This document shows, one piece after another, positions 36,524 through 45,927 of a stretch of 52,818 nucleotides of DNA; positions within the stretch are counted from its first letter, which is position 1; the number at the start of each line of letters is the position of its first letter. Below the pieces are notes generated by a model that was not told the origin of the DNA, did not search any database, and worked only from the letters and a program-made list of their open reading frames with translations. The position numbers were made by a program, and so were the translations under genes. Source of the DNA: Candidatus Aenigmatarchaeota archaeon (GTDB lineage Archaea > Aenigmatarchaeota > Aenigmatarchaeia > PWEA01); NCBI GenBank assembly GCA_046539305.1, contig JBKHHE010000005.1:1-52818 (forward strand). The letters are read 5' to 3'.

Positions 36524-39181
36524 TCATTCTTTGAGAACTATCGCGGGCTTCCCAGGCCTCGCCTTCCCCGCCTTCTCCTCACCACTCTCCCCCTCCTTCT
36601 CAACGGTCAGTTTGACGTTGAGCTCCTCCTCCAACGTTTCTTTCATTTCCTCCAATACCTCCACTTCTCCTCCGCTGTCTAATATTAATTCCTCCAGCTC
36701 GTGCTCTTTGTTCAGCTCCTGGAAGTAGCTTGCGGCTTCGTCGCCCCGGCTCCTTATATCTTCGTTTTCCATTATCTCCGAAAGCTCCTTTCCATCGAGG
36801 ACCTTTTCGTAGAGCTCGTATTTCCACGGATCGGCCACTATTATCTTCGCCTCGTCTGGATCCTCTATGCCTGTTATCCTCTTTATCTCCCTTACGTCAT
36901 CTTCCAGCGTATCGACCATCTCCATGGCCGATTCCGCTTCCCCATCCATTTTCTCCTCTTCCACCTCCGGCCACTTTGCCTCCGCCACGAAACCTTCTTT
37001 TCCCATCCTGTCCCAGAGTTCTTCACAGATGTGCGGCGCGAAAGGCGCGAAAACAAGTACTAGCTTTTCTATATATTCCTTCAGTATTCCATTTTTCGCG
37101 CTTGTCCCAGAACCTTCTCTGAGGTATTTTATCGCGTTTCCCAGGATCCTGTCTATGATATCCGTCGCGTAGTGGTAGTTCATCTCCTCCATCTCCTCCG
37201 TGAGTTCCTTCAGGGACCCGTGGAGCAACGAGAGGTAGTATCTCTCCTCCAGCGTTTTGGCCTCCGTTCCACCATTTCCTTCCATCCTTCCTTCGACGTC
37301 TTCGTAGAACTCGTAAAATCTTTCGATGGTTTTCTTCGCGGACCTCACGCCCTCGTCGGTCCAGTTTATCTCCTTTTCCGGAGAGCTTTTGGAGAGTATG
37401 AAAAGCCTGCCCACATCGGCGCCATAGTCCTGTATTATCTCCTCCGGTTTTATCACATTACCCTTCGACTTCGACATCTTCTCTCCGTCGAGAAGGACCA
37501 TACCCTGGTTCAACAGCCTTTTGAAGGGTTCCCTGAACTCCAGAAGGCCGAGGTCTGAGAGCGCCTTGGTGAAGAACCTTGCGTAGAGGAGATGAAGAAC
37601 CGCGTGTTCTATTCCTCCCGTGTACTGGTCCACCGGCATCCATGAGTGGACCTCTTCCTCGTCAAATGGACCTTCCTCGTAACCCGGAGAACAGAACCTC
37701 AGGAAATACCAGGCCGAGTCGACGAAAGTATCGAAGGTGTCGGTCTCCCTCCTTGCCTCCCCGCCACATTCAGGACATTCGGTATTTACAAACTCCTCGA
37801 CATGCTCCAGAGGGCTTCCTTCCACGTCTATTTCTATATCTTTCTTCGGCAGCTCCACAGGAAGATCCTCCTCAGGAACCGGTACTTCACCACACTCCTC
37901 GCAGTAAATTATAGGTATGGGGCAACCCCAGTAGCGCTGTCTCGACACGTTCCAGTCCTCGAGCTTGTAGTTGACTGTCTCTTCGATTTTGTCCCCTTCC
38001 TTTAGATATTCGGTTATTTCCTTTCTGGCCTTTTCCGAAGACAGCCCGTTGAACTCCTGAGAATTTACAAGCTTCCCTTCTCCGGTGTAGGCCCGTTCCA
38101 GCTCCCCGAGCCCCTCCTCCGGCTCAATGACCTTGACTATATCTATGTCATGCTTCTCCGCAAACTCGAAGTCCCTCTGGTCGTGTGCCGGGACTGCCAT
38201 TATGGCGCCGGTGCCGTATTCCATCAGTACGAACTCGGCTATGTATATCGGTATTTCCTCTCCGTTCACGGGGTTCACAGCCTTTAGCCCGGTGTCTATG
38301 CCCCTTTTACCTTTCCTCTCCCTGTCCTCCAGCTTCTTTATCTCGTCCACGAACTCCCTTATCTCTTCGTTTTCCCTGGCCAGTTCCTCCGACAGGGGGT
38401 GTTCGGGCGCGAGCGCCATGAATGTACAGCCGTGGAGCGTGTCAGGCCTGGTGGTGAAGACATTCAGCGATCCACCCCTGTTTACGAGGTCGAAGGTTAT
38501 CTCCACCCCCTCGCTCCTTCCTATCCAGTCCTCCTGCATCTTCTTTACCTTGCTGGGCCACTCGATTCCTTCAAGGCCTTCCAGTAGCTCGTCCGCGTAA
38601 TCTGTAATCTTGAAGAACCACTGCTCCTTCTTTTTCTCCTTGATTTCTGTTCCACACCTCTCGCACCTGTTGCCAACCACCTGCTCATTCGCGAGCACGG
38701 TCTTACAACTGGGGCACCAGTTCACTCCTTCTTTATCCTTGTAGACCAGCCCTTCTTTGTACAGCTGCAGGAATATCCACTGATCCCATCTGTAGTAACT
38801 TTCCCGGTGTGAAGCCACTTCCCTGGACCAGTCGAAGGAGAAGCCGAGGCGCTTCATCTCTTTTTTTATGCTCTGGATGTTCGATTCCGTCCAGTCTTTG
38901 GGGTTCTTACCTCTTTCGATGGCCGCGTTCTCCGCAGGAAGTCCAAAGGAGTCGAAGCCCATTGGGTAAAGTACGTTGTATCCCTGCATTCTTTTGAAGC
39001 GGGCGTTTGCATCTCCAAGGGCGTAGTTCCTCACGTGTCCCATGTGCATAGATCCGGACGGATAGGGGTACATGTCCAGCGCGTAGAACCTTTCTTTGTC
39101 TGTACTGGCCTCAAAAATACCCGCCTCTCTCCACCTCTCCTGCCACTTCCTTTCTATCTCTTTCAGCTCTTCTGTGTTCAT
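36524..39181 (-). CDS. leuS: Leucine--tRNA ligase, bacterial-type core with archaeal-type C-terminus
   Basis: MYPYPSG.MHMGH, D.FGLPAENAAI, TVLANEQV, FTTRPDT, GTGAIMAVPAHDQRD, GGIEHA, KMSKS; ends A.PGKPAI. Confidence 0.95.
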   Translation of the reverse strand: MNTEELKEIERKWQERWREAGIFEASTDKERFYALDMYPYPSGSMHMGHVRNYALGDANARFKRMQGYNVLYPMGFDSFGLPAENAAIERGKNPKDWTESNIQSIKKEMKRLGFSFDWSREVASHRESYYRWDQWIFLQLYKEGLVYKDKEGVNWCPSCKTVLANEQVVGNRCERCGTEIKEKKKEQWFFKITDYADELLEGLEGIEWPSKVKKMQEDWIGRSEGVEITFDLVNRGGSLNVFTTRPDTLHGCTFMALAPEHPLSEELARENEEIREFVDEIKKLEDRERKGKRGIDTGLKAVNPVNGEEIPIYIAEFVLMEYGTGAIMAVPAHDQRDFEFAEKHDIDIVKVIEPEEGLGELERAYTGEGKLVNSQEFNGLSSEKARKEITEYLKEGDKIEETVNYKLEDWNVSRQRYWGCPIPIIYCEECGEVPVPEEDLPVELPKKDIEIDVEGSPLEHVEEFVNTECPECGGEARRETDTFDTFVDSAWYFLRFCSPGYEEGPFDEEEVHSWMPVDQYTGGIEHAVLHLLYARFFTKALSDLGLLEFREPFKRLLNQGMVLLDGEKMSKSKGNVIKPEEIIQDYGADVGRLFILSKSSPEKEINWTDEGVRSAKKTIERFYEFYEDVEGRMEGNGGTEAKTLEERYYLSLLHGSLKELTEEMEEMNYHYATDIIDRILGNAIKYLREGSGTSAKNGILKEYIEKLVLVFAPFAPHICEELWDRMGKEGFVAEAKWPEVEEEKMDGEAESAMEMVDTLEDDVREIKRITGIEDPDEAKIIVADPWKYELYEKVLDGKELSEIMENEDIRSRGDEAASYFQELNKEHELEELILDSGGEVEVLEEMKETLEEELNVKLTVEKEGESGEEKAGKARPGKPAIVLKE

Positions 39182-39632
39182 CCTACCACAGTTCTTGTTG
39201 CATCCTCACGTTAAAATATCTTTCCTACCGTCCGTTTTCGTCTAAGTCATAAGGTGTGGAAACCCTGAGGATCTCAATAATCTCTTCCCGCTTCCTGATT
39301 CCATACATATTTTTCAGCCTTTCCTCCACCCCCTCCCCATTTCTTCGTAGATTTTCTTCGCCTCGGATCTATTTCGCAGTCTCATCACCTCGCAGTTAAA
39401 GTTTGAAAGGATTTAATGAGGTGAAGAGCGCCGTTGCTCTTCAAACCAGTAGTACAAGCAGGAGTAGGGCTACACCCGAGGAAAGACAGATCGCTTCCTT
39501 CTTGCCGAACTCCTTCTTCCTCTTCACGATACCACTGTCCATACCTATTGCAGGAGGGTTTATAAATCTTAACCGCGGAATGGCCACCGATGAACAAAAG
39601 ATATAAGTTTCCGTTATCAATTTTACAGTCAT

Positions 39633-39763
39633 GGGCGCGTAGCTCAGCTTGGACAGAGCACTGGCCTTCTAACCACCCTTTACTCGCTTACGCTCGCAAA
39701 ACGTGGGCGAAAAGGGAAGAGGAAAGCCAGGGGTCGTGGGTTCAAATCCCACCGCGTCCGCCA
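39633..39763 (+). tRNA. tRNA-Arg(TCT) with 53-nt intron at 37/38 (39672-39724)
   Basis: Acceptor GGGCGCG/CGCGTCC, CTGGC-CTTCTA..A-GCCAG, BHB helix CTTC/GAGG, encoded CCA. Confidence 0.92.
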
Positions 39764-39888
39764 CTTTAAGAGGATGCCCTTCCACTTGAAGTTCATTCAG
39801 GTTCCATCTTCACTCCGTTCAGATCCTGTCTTTTGATGGGCATTTTTCTAAAAGGTCCTTCCGAAATCCCACCGCGTCCGCCACTTTA
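39744..39888 (+). repeat. 25-bp direct repeat of the tRNA-Arg 3' end (att-like), 120-bp period
   Basis: AAATCCCACCGCGTCCGCCACTTTA at 39744-39768 and 39864-39888. Confidence 0.88.
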
Positions 39889-39912
39889 TATTGAAGCCCT
39901 CCAATCTAAAGT

Positions 39913-40050
39913 TTACTCGGGTTCCACTTTCACTTCGTTCAAGTCCAAGAACAGCCCATCGTTTGGATGAAACCTTTCCAAAGGCAGCCGCTCTCCCCTA
40001 CTCTTGTATAAGAGGATGTCGCCTCTTTCCAGCAGCTCGAACTTTCCCAT
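39913..40050 (-). CDS. 45-aa hypothetical ORF or gene remnant
   Basis: MGKFELLERGDILLYKSRG...DLNEVKVEPE*. A diverged copy of its 3' end (DLNGVKMEPE*) lies in the first repeat unit. Confidence 0.4.
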   Translation of the reverse strand: MGKFELLERGDILLYKSRGERLPLERFHPNDGLFLDLNEVKVEPE

Positions 40051-40165
40051 GTGACTCACAGTTAAATTATCTCCTCTCTTTGTTATAATTTTTTCCTTGG
40101 AATCCGTGCGCAGCAGTTTCCAAATATTTAAGCTTTTAAATCTTAAGGTAGATTGATATGGTAGA

Positions 40166-40939
40166 ATGTCAAAGGTTTTGTCCGTAGCTTCAGGTAAGGG
40201 AGGAGTAGGAAAAACAACAGTGGTTTCCAACCTAGGTGCACTTCTGACGGAGCTGGGCAAGGACGTTGTGCTCGTGGATGGGAACCTGAGCACGGCAAAC
40301 CTTTCCTTGCACCTCGGAATACCCCTATACCCCGTTACCTTGCATGATGTTCTCAAAGGAGACGCCATGATGCCGGAGGCGATGTACGTCCATCCCTCGG
40401 GGATGAAGGTCGTCCCATCGGGAATAGGCATAGATGATTTAGAGGGGACGGATTCAAGGGATCTGCCCATAGTGGTAGATGAACTGGTCGGGGAAAGTGA
40501 TATGGTTCTACTCGACACGGCAGCCGGACTGGGCCAGGAGACGATATCTACACTTGAAGCCTCGGACGAGCTCCTTCTTGTGACACATCCGAACCTTCCC
40601 TCCCTGACCGATGTCCTCAAGACCAAAAACCTGGCCGAAGGACTAGGTGTTAAGGTAAAGGGAGTTGTAATAAATGCCCATACAGGCTCAGGAGAAGAAC
40701 TTAGCAGTGAGGAAGTCAGGGACATGCTTGACGGACTTCCGGTTCTGGCTAAGATACCCCACGACGAGAAGGTAAGGGAGGCGGTCGCTATGAAGAAGCC
40801 CGTCGTCCACCACGACCCGTACTCCCCAGCGAGCAAGGCCTTTGAAGGGCTCGTGTCCGAAATAGTTCCTCATAAAGTGGATTTCGGGCGCAAGCAGGGA
40901 AGCATATTTGAAAGGGTTGCAAATTTCTTCAATTTTTAG
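40166..40939 (+). CDS. minD: MinD/ParA-family ATPase
   Basis: SGKGGVGKTT, LVDGNL...NL, DTAAG, IP.D..VREA. Confidence 0.9.
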   Translation: MSKVLSVASGKGGVGKTTVVSNLGALLTELGKDVVLVDGNLSTANLSLHLGIPLYPVTLHDVLKGDAMMPEAMYVHPSGMKVVPSGIGIDDLEGTDSRDLPIVVDELVGESDMVLLDTAAGLGQETISTLEASDELLLVTHPNLPSLTDVLKTKNLAEGLGVKVKGVVINAHTGSGEELSSEEVRDMLDGLPVLAKIPHDEKVREAVAMKKPVVHHDPYSPASKAFEGLVSEIVPHKVDFGRKQGSIFERVANFFNF

Positions 40940-40945
40940 GAAGAA

Positions 40946-42565
40946 CTACCTTATCTTATCCAGATCCAGCTCAAAACCCGCGACCGGCTTCTCCAGTTCC
41001 CAGTTCTCAAGGACCTGTGGATGCACCTCTCCCACTTCACCTATCACTTCCCCATTGACTAATATCTTTGCCCCTCTGCTTTCCATGAAGAGAGGACCAT
41101 CCGATTCTTCTAGCTCGTACTCGGCGCCAACCATTTCCATGAGCGAGTCCACCACGGAGGCTAGGTCGGTGTAGTTCACTTGCTTGGCGGAAACCGCAGC
41201 CGACAATCTCCTTCTGTTTTCACCACCAGTTTCACCTTCTCCTGGCACAACGACGTCCCCCGCTTCGAATATTTCCTGTGGATACGACCGGTGTTTATTC
41301 TCCTTCAGGACCCCAAGAAGCCCGGGAAGTAACCCTCTCCTGCAGACGCTGTACTTCTCCGAGAGGGGATTTTCCGCCTCAACGACCTCCATTTCCTCCC
41401 TTTCCATCCTCGTGAACTGTTTGTCCCGGTTGGTGAGAACTGGGGTCATCACCTCCTGGAAGCCAAAACCGATCATAAGATCCCTTACCTCGTCCGTGAA
41501 TTCTTCAAAGGCGTCGGGCCTTCCCACGCCGCCAACGTCGGGTATATCCGGCTCAAAGTTCTCGTATCCGTAGCTTATCGCCAGGTCTTCGACTATGTCC
41601 ATGGGATGCATTATGTCGACGCGATAGCAAGGGACAAGGGCCTCTCCGTCGTCGTATCCGAAGCCCATACCGGCCAGCAAGCCTTCCAGTTCATCTTCCG
41701 ATAGTTCGAGGTTAAGCAGCCGGTTTGCGTAATCGAGGTCCACATCAATTTTCTCCGGACTGAGGTCCGGTTCTCCCTCGCCGTCCACAGAGACGCTCTC
41801 TATATCTCCACCCCTCTCGGCAAGCTCCGTGGCTATCAAGTTCAGCGCCTGGTCGACAGCCTGTTGATCGGTCCCAGTCACGTCTATAAAGATGTCCTCC
41901 GTGTCCTCCGTGAGTTTAGTAACCGTCCCGTTGATGACCGGAGGGAAGCTCAGGACCTGTCCGTTCCTGTCAACTATTATCGGCCACCTGTCGTTCCCCT
42001 CCAAGATAGTTGCGTATTCACCTTTCGGGTGTTTCTCCTTTATCTCAAGCAGGTTCATTTTCTCCTCACAGTGGAGGGGGATGAACTCTACGCTCTCAGG
42101 CCCGACGGCCTTGTAGGTGAATGGGCCCTCGACGTTTTCCATGTCGTGGATACCTATAGCGACCTTTCTTCTGCCCCTCCCAAAGGTCGCATGTATCTTC
42201 TCCTGCACCTGCATCAACGACCTCAAAACGCCCTCGGTCAAATCCACGTTTCTGACCACACCCGCCGAAACACAGGGTCTGACCTCCTCTACGGAGCTAT
42301 CCACGTCAAGCTTCAGGTCACCTTCCCCCACCTCGTAGTTAACTAGCCCCTGCGAAACGCCCAGAAACTGTCTGAAGCTTCTGGCGAACCCCTCTACCGA
42401 GAGGAGATCGGGCCTGTTCGGGAATATCTCTATCTCTACGGAGCCTTCATTTACCTCCTCGACGTCACATCCCATCATAGGAGCCTTGCTATCTAGAACT
42501 TCATCTGAAAGCCTCTTGCCCACGAGAGCGTCGAGCTCTTCTCTGTCAAAACTCACAATTGCCAT
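40946..42565 (-). CDS. pheT: Phenylalanine--tRNA ligase beta subunit
   Basis: PNRPDLLS.EG.AR, QEK.H...GR.R.KVAIG.HD, R.DI.HP.D.VED, GEVHPQVL. Confidence 0.96.
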   Translation of the reverse strand: MAIVSFDREELDALVGKRLSDEVLDSKAPMMGCDVEEVNEGSVEIEIFPNRPDLLSVEGFARSFRQFLGVSQGLVNYEVGEGDLKLDVDSSVEEVRPCVSAGVVRNVDLTEGVLRSLMQVQEKIHATFGRGRRKVAIGIHDMENVEGPFTYKAVGPESVEFIPLHCEEKMNLLEIKEKHPKGEYATILEGNDRWPIIVDRNGQVLSFPPVINGTVTKLTEDTEDIFIDVTGTDQQAVDQALNLIATELAERGGDIESVSVDGEGEPDLSPEKIDVDLDYANRLLNLELSEDELEGLLAGMGFGYDDGEALVPCYRVDIMHPMDIVEDLAISYGYENFEPDIPDVGGVGRPDAFEEFTDEVRDLMIGFGFQEVMTPVLTNRDKQFTRMEREEMEVVEAENPLSEKYSVCRRGLLPGLLGVLKENKHRSYPQEIFEAGDVVVPGEGETGGENRRRLSAAVSAKQVNYTDLASVVDSLMEMVGAEYELEESDGPLFMESRGAKILVNGEVIGEVGEVHPQVLENWELEKPVAGFELDLDKIR

Positions 42566-42567
42566 AC

Positions 42568-43824
42568 TCACACCTTTGTCCTTTTCAAAAAGTCGAGGTC
42601 GTTTTCGAAGTAGAATTTCCTTATGTCGTCTACGCCCAGGTTCAGCATCACGGGCCTCTCAAGGCTGAGTCCCCACGCGAGCACGGGGACGTCTATACCC
42701 AGCGGTTTGGTGACTTCGGGCCTGAATATTCCGGACCCACCCATCTCCAGCCACTCGTCCCTTTCCTCGAAGTAAACCTCGGGCTCCACGGACATCTCCG
42801 TGTAAGGGAAGTATCCGGGTCTGAACCTCACCCTGTCGAAGCCAAGTTTTCTGTAGAATTCCTTGAGGTATCCAAGCAGGTTGTCGAAGCTCACAGATTC
42901 GCCCGCTGCTATCCCCTCCACCTGTATAAACTCCGGCAGGTGGGAATAGTCGACTGTCTCGTTCCTGAAGACCTTGTCCACAGTGAAGACCTTCGTCGGG
43001 GGCGATAGCTCCGCCAGGTTCCTTACACTAACGGCCGTGGTATGGGTGCGCAGGACCGGATTCTCCGCAACCTCCTCGTCCCAGTTGTAGCCCCAACCCT
43101 TTGATTTATCTGTACCTTTTTCGTGCGCTTCCTTTACTTTCTCCACAAGCTCCTTTTCGGGAAGTTCCGTGCTCTTAGGGTTTTTCAGGTAGAAGGTATC
43201 TGCTAGCTCTCTAGCGGGATGGTCCTGCGGCTGGAACAGCGCGTCGAAGTTCCAGAAGCTGGATTCCACGTACGGACCCCTCCTCTCCTCGAATCCCATC
43301 TCCAGAAATATCCTCCTGATTTTTCTTATAAAATGCGTGAGTACGTGCCTCCTGCCAGGATACTTTTCCTTTCCAGTCTTCTTGACGTCGTATTCCTTAA
43401 AGTCCGCCTCCCTCCAGAGCCCGGTTTTTATCAGTTCCGGTGTCAGGCCCGCTATTTTTCCTTCCTTCAACTGTTCTTTGGCCCTCTTCACCACGTCCTC
43501 CCTGACCTCTTCTATCAGGTTCCTGTCTTCAAGGATCTCCACCATCTCCCCGGAAACATCCTCCTCCGAATCCACGTTCTTCAACGCTTCCTGAACCCCG
43601 AAGCTACCTGGACTTTCCTTTAGCTCCACGACGCCTTCGCTAACCTCGACCCAGCCGTTCTTCAGGGCCCAGTTTATGGCTATAGAGGAGTTTTCTATTT
43701 TCCTTCCAATTGACTCCATCTTGGCCTCCCCCTCCTCCTCCAAAAGCTCAAGGAGTTTCCTCTCGGGGAGCCCTTCTTCCAGATACTTCTTCCCCTCTTC
43801 CGTTAGCCTGTACATGATCGACAT
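42568..43824 (-). CDS. pheS: Phenylalanine--tRNA ligase alpha subunit
   Basis: FWNFDALFQPQDHPARE, LRTHTT, FRNE, YFPYTE.S; start at 43824 or 43815. Confidence 0.96.
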   Translation of the reverse strand: MSIMYRLTEEGKKYLEEGLPERKLLELLEEEGEAKMESIGRKIENSSIAINWALKNGWVEVSEGVVELKESPGSFGVQEALKNVDSEEDVSGEMVEILEDRNLIEEVREDVVKRAKEQLKEGKIAGLTPELIKTGLWREADFKEYDVKKTGKEKYPGRRHVLTHFIRKIRRIFLEMGFEERRGPYVESSFWNFDALFQPQDHPARELADTFYLKNPKSTELPEKELVEKVKEAHEKGTDKSKGWGYNWDEEVAENPVLRTHTTAVSVRNLAELSPPTKVFTVDKVFRNETVDYSHLPEFIQVEGIAAGESVSFDNLLGYLKEFYRKLGFDRVRFRPGYFPYTEMSVEPEVYFEERDEWLEMGGSGIFRPEVTKPLGIDVPVLAWGLSLERPVMLNLGVDDIRKFYFENDLDFLKRTKV

Positions 43825-43832
43825 CTAAAGTT

Positions 43833-44044
43833 TTACCCTTGCTTATTAAATATCTTTACCTTCTGCCACACCCGGTCGAGCGAGTAGTACCAGACGCTGC
43901 TTGCCACCTCTATCGTGAGAACAACGGAAACGCTTCCAACTAGCCGCCCAGTGTAAAGGTAGGTGACGCAGGTAGCTATAAGGAATGTAACGATTCTGTA
44001 GGCGCCCGTCTTCAGCAGAGAGGATTTTCTACTGCAAATTCCAA
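43833..44044 (-). pseudogene. DUF2061-like small membrane protein lacking an in-frame canonical start
   Basis: Frame reads SRKSSLLKTGAYRIVTFLI..YLYTG......IEV....YYSLDRVW. The SD-associated TTG at 44044 is out of frame and an in-frame TAA lies just upstream. Confidence 0.6.
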
Positions 44045-44187
44045 ATTACCACCTCTTGGGGATGCTTTTTCGGAGAAGATTTGCAAATAGGAGAGCTTCT
44101 TGTCACTTCATTTACGGCGCAAATTGGCAGGGCATCACTATCTCCTTGTACCACATCTTTCCTCCGGAGGTATATAAGCTTTCTCCT

Positions 44188-45231
44188 TCACCCCTTCTTT
44201 CCGGGGTATACATCCTCATCAAGAAACGAGAGCTCTTTGCTCTCAAGGAAATCCACGCCGTAGTATACCCCGAGGGAACCGCCGACAGCCAGGATGCCCC
44301 AGAACCAGACAAGCCTGTCCAGGAATACCATGGTGGCAGATATGCCCGCGGGCACCCCAAGGAGAACGAAGACGGACACCATGCCACCCTCGAATACTCC
44401 TAGACTGCCGGGCGTGGCCGGTACCATCATCAACATGTATCCTATGCCTATAAAAATCAATATAACGACAGGGCTTATTTCATATCCGAGGGCCACGAAG
44501 AGGATGTAGTATTTCGAGAGGATGATTACCTTCCTGAATACAGTCAATAATAGACCTTTGACGAAGAGCTTCCTGTCACTCATTATCCCCCTGAAGTTCT
44601 CCCTGAAGGTTTCGTATGCGTCCTTTATTTTTTTCTCGTAGCCCTCCAATCTTTTTACGCGTCCACACACCCACTCTATGAGCTTGTAAAAGATCTTTCT
44701 TCCCGTATAGATTCCCACCAACCCGAAGACTATCACCGAGGACATGAGTATGAATATCGCTAGGACTCCGTAGATCCAGAGGGGTGGGCTGAAGAATATC
44801 AAGAAGAATATCATTGCGAGCAGTACGAGGATCCCATCGATTATAAATTCCATCGTCAGGTCGGAGGTAACGGTTGCCAGGCCCTCTCTTCCTCTGACGT
44901 TGTTTTTCTTCTTGAGCAGGTATATCCTTGCCGGCTCCCCCCCAGCCTTGAATACGGGCGTGAGATAGTTCATCGCCATCCCAACAAGCAGGTTTTTTAC
45001 AAGGTCAAGATGGGACACATGAGGATGATCTTTCCTCACGAAGATTCCCCATTTAGAGGACCAGACAAAAATATCCAGGACTGACAGACCTATAAAGGCG
45101 ATATATAGAGGAATGTAAAGCTGCGAGATCGCGCTGATTATCTTTTCCCAACCCACAAAACTAAAGACCGCAAGGAATATCGCTGAACCCACAATGAAAA
45201 GACCGGCAAGTTTTATCACGTTATTTTTCAT
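44188..45231 (-). CDS. Lysylphosphatidylglycerol-synthase TM / flippase-like (UPF0104) membrane protein
   Basis: NYLTP...GGEP.R, TPG.LG.FE, R...FW. Confidence 0.85.
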   Translation of the reverse strand: MKNNVIKLAGLFIVGSAIFLAVFSFVGWEKIISAISQLYIPLYIAFIGLSVLDIFVWSSKWGIFVRKDHPHVSHLDLVKNLLVGMAMNYLTPVFKAGGEPARIYLLKKKNNVRGREGLATVTSDLTMEFIIDGILVLLAMIFFLIFFSPPLWIYGVLAIFILMSSVIVFGLVGIYTGRKIFYKLIEWVCGRVKRLEGYEKKIKDAYETFRENFRGIMSDRKLFVKGLLLTVFRKVIILSKYYILFVALGYEISPVVILIFIGIGYMLMMVPATPGSLGVFEGGMVSVFVLLGVPAGISATMVFLDRLVWFWGILAVGGSLGVYYGVDFLESKELSFLDEDVYPGKKG

Positions 45232-45240
45232 CTTTCCACC

Positions 45241-45864
45241 TCAGCGCCTGAATTTGTTTATAGTGCTAATCATATGGTACAGGGGATTGCTCAGGGATCC
45301 TTTTATAGCAGTTTTGCCCTCCTCCAGCTTCTCCTTGAACTCTTCAAGGTTCTCTGCCTCTGCTTCAACGTAGGCGTTTCCAACTTCCCAAGTAGTATGG
45401 GCGTCGCTTCCTGCGGTCTTTATGAAGCCGTTTTCCTCTGCGAACTTTCTCGCCCTTCTGTTTTTCATCCCAAGGAGATTCCTGCTGTTAAAGACCTCCA
45501 CACCGTCCAACCTCTTAAGCTTTTCTATCCCGTCCAGTCCTCCGAAGGTCCTGAAGGGATGTGGAACTACAGCAAGTCCTCCGGCTGATTTTATTTTATC
45601 TACCACCTCCTGGGGTCGTTTTCCCCCTATCTCTTCGTCTACGAAAAGTCCAAGAATTTCACCCCTTTCCGTCGAGACTTCTATTCCCGGAACGATAATC
45701 ATTCCATCGTTCGCCTTTTTTACTTCTTCCAGCCCTTCCGTTGTGCCGTGATCCGTGACCGCGAACCCGTCCAACCCCTTCTTTCTCGCCACCTCCGGTA
45801 GCTTTCCTGGTCGTATCATCGAGTCCTTGGAATAATTTGTGTGTACGTGGAGGTCTATTTTCAT
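45241..45864 (-). CDS. PHP-domain phosphoesterase
   Basis: DLHVHT..S.D, TDH, G.E, HPF, GSDAH. Confidence 0.9.
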   Translation of the reverse strand: MKIDLHVHTNYSKDSMIRPGKLPEVARKKGLDGFAVTDHGTTEGLEEVKKANDGMIIVPGIEVSTERGEILGLFVDEEIGGKRPQEVVDKIKSAGGLAVVPHPFRTFGGLDGIEKLKRLDGVEVFNSRNLLGMKNRRARKFAEENGFIKTAGSDAHTTWEVGNAYVEAEAENLEEFKEKLEEGKTAIKGSLSNPLYHMISTINKFRR

Positions 45865-45927
45865 GCTGTATGACCTTTGTGAACTTTTAAATTTAAGTTT
45901 GAAATATTATAAGGAGGTTGTGGAAAT

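Noticed and set aside
39913-40836. 307-aa minus-strand ORF and the many other long Ser/Phe-rich antisense ORFs
   Set aside because: Shadow frames of Glu/Lys-rich genes on the opposite strand; only the last 45 codons of this one are possibly real.
44056-44185. Possible sRNA or microprotein between the flippase-like gene and the DUF2061 remnant
   Set aside because: No convincing C/D boxes, stable structure or protein-like frame.
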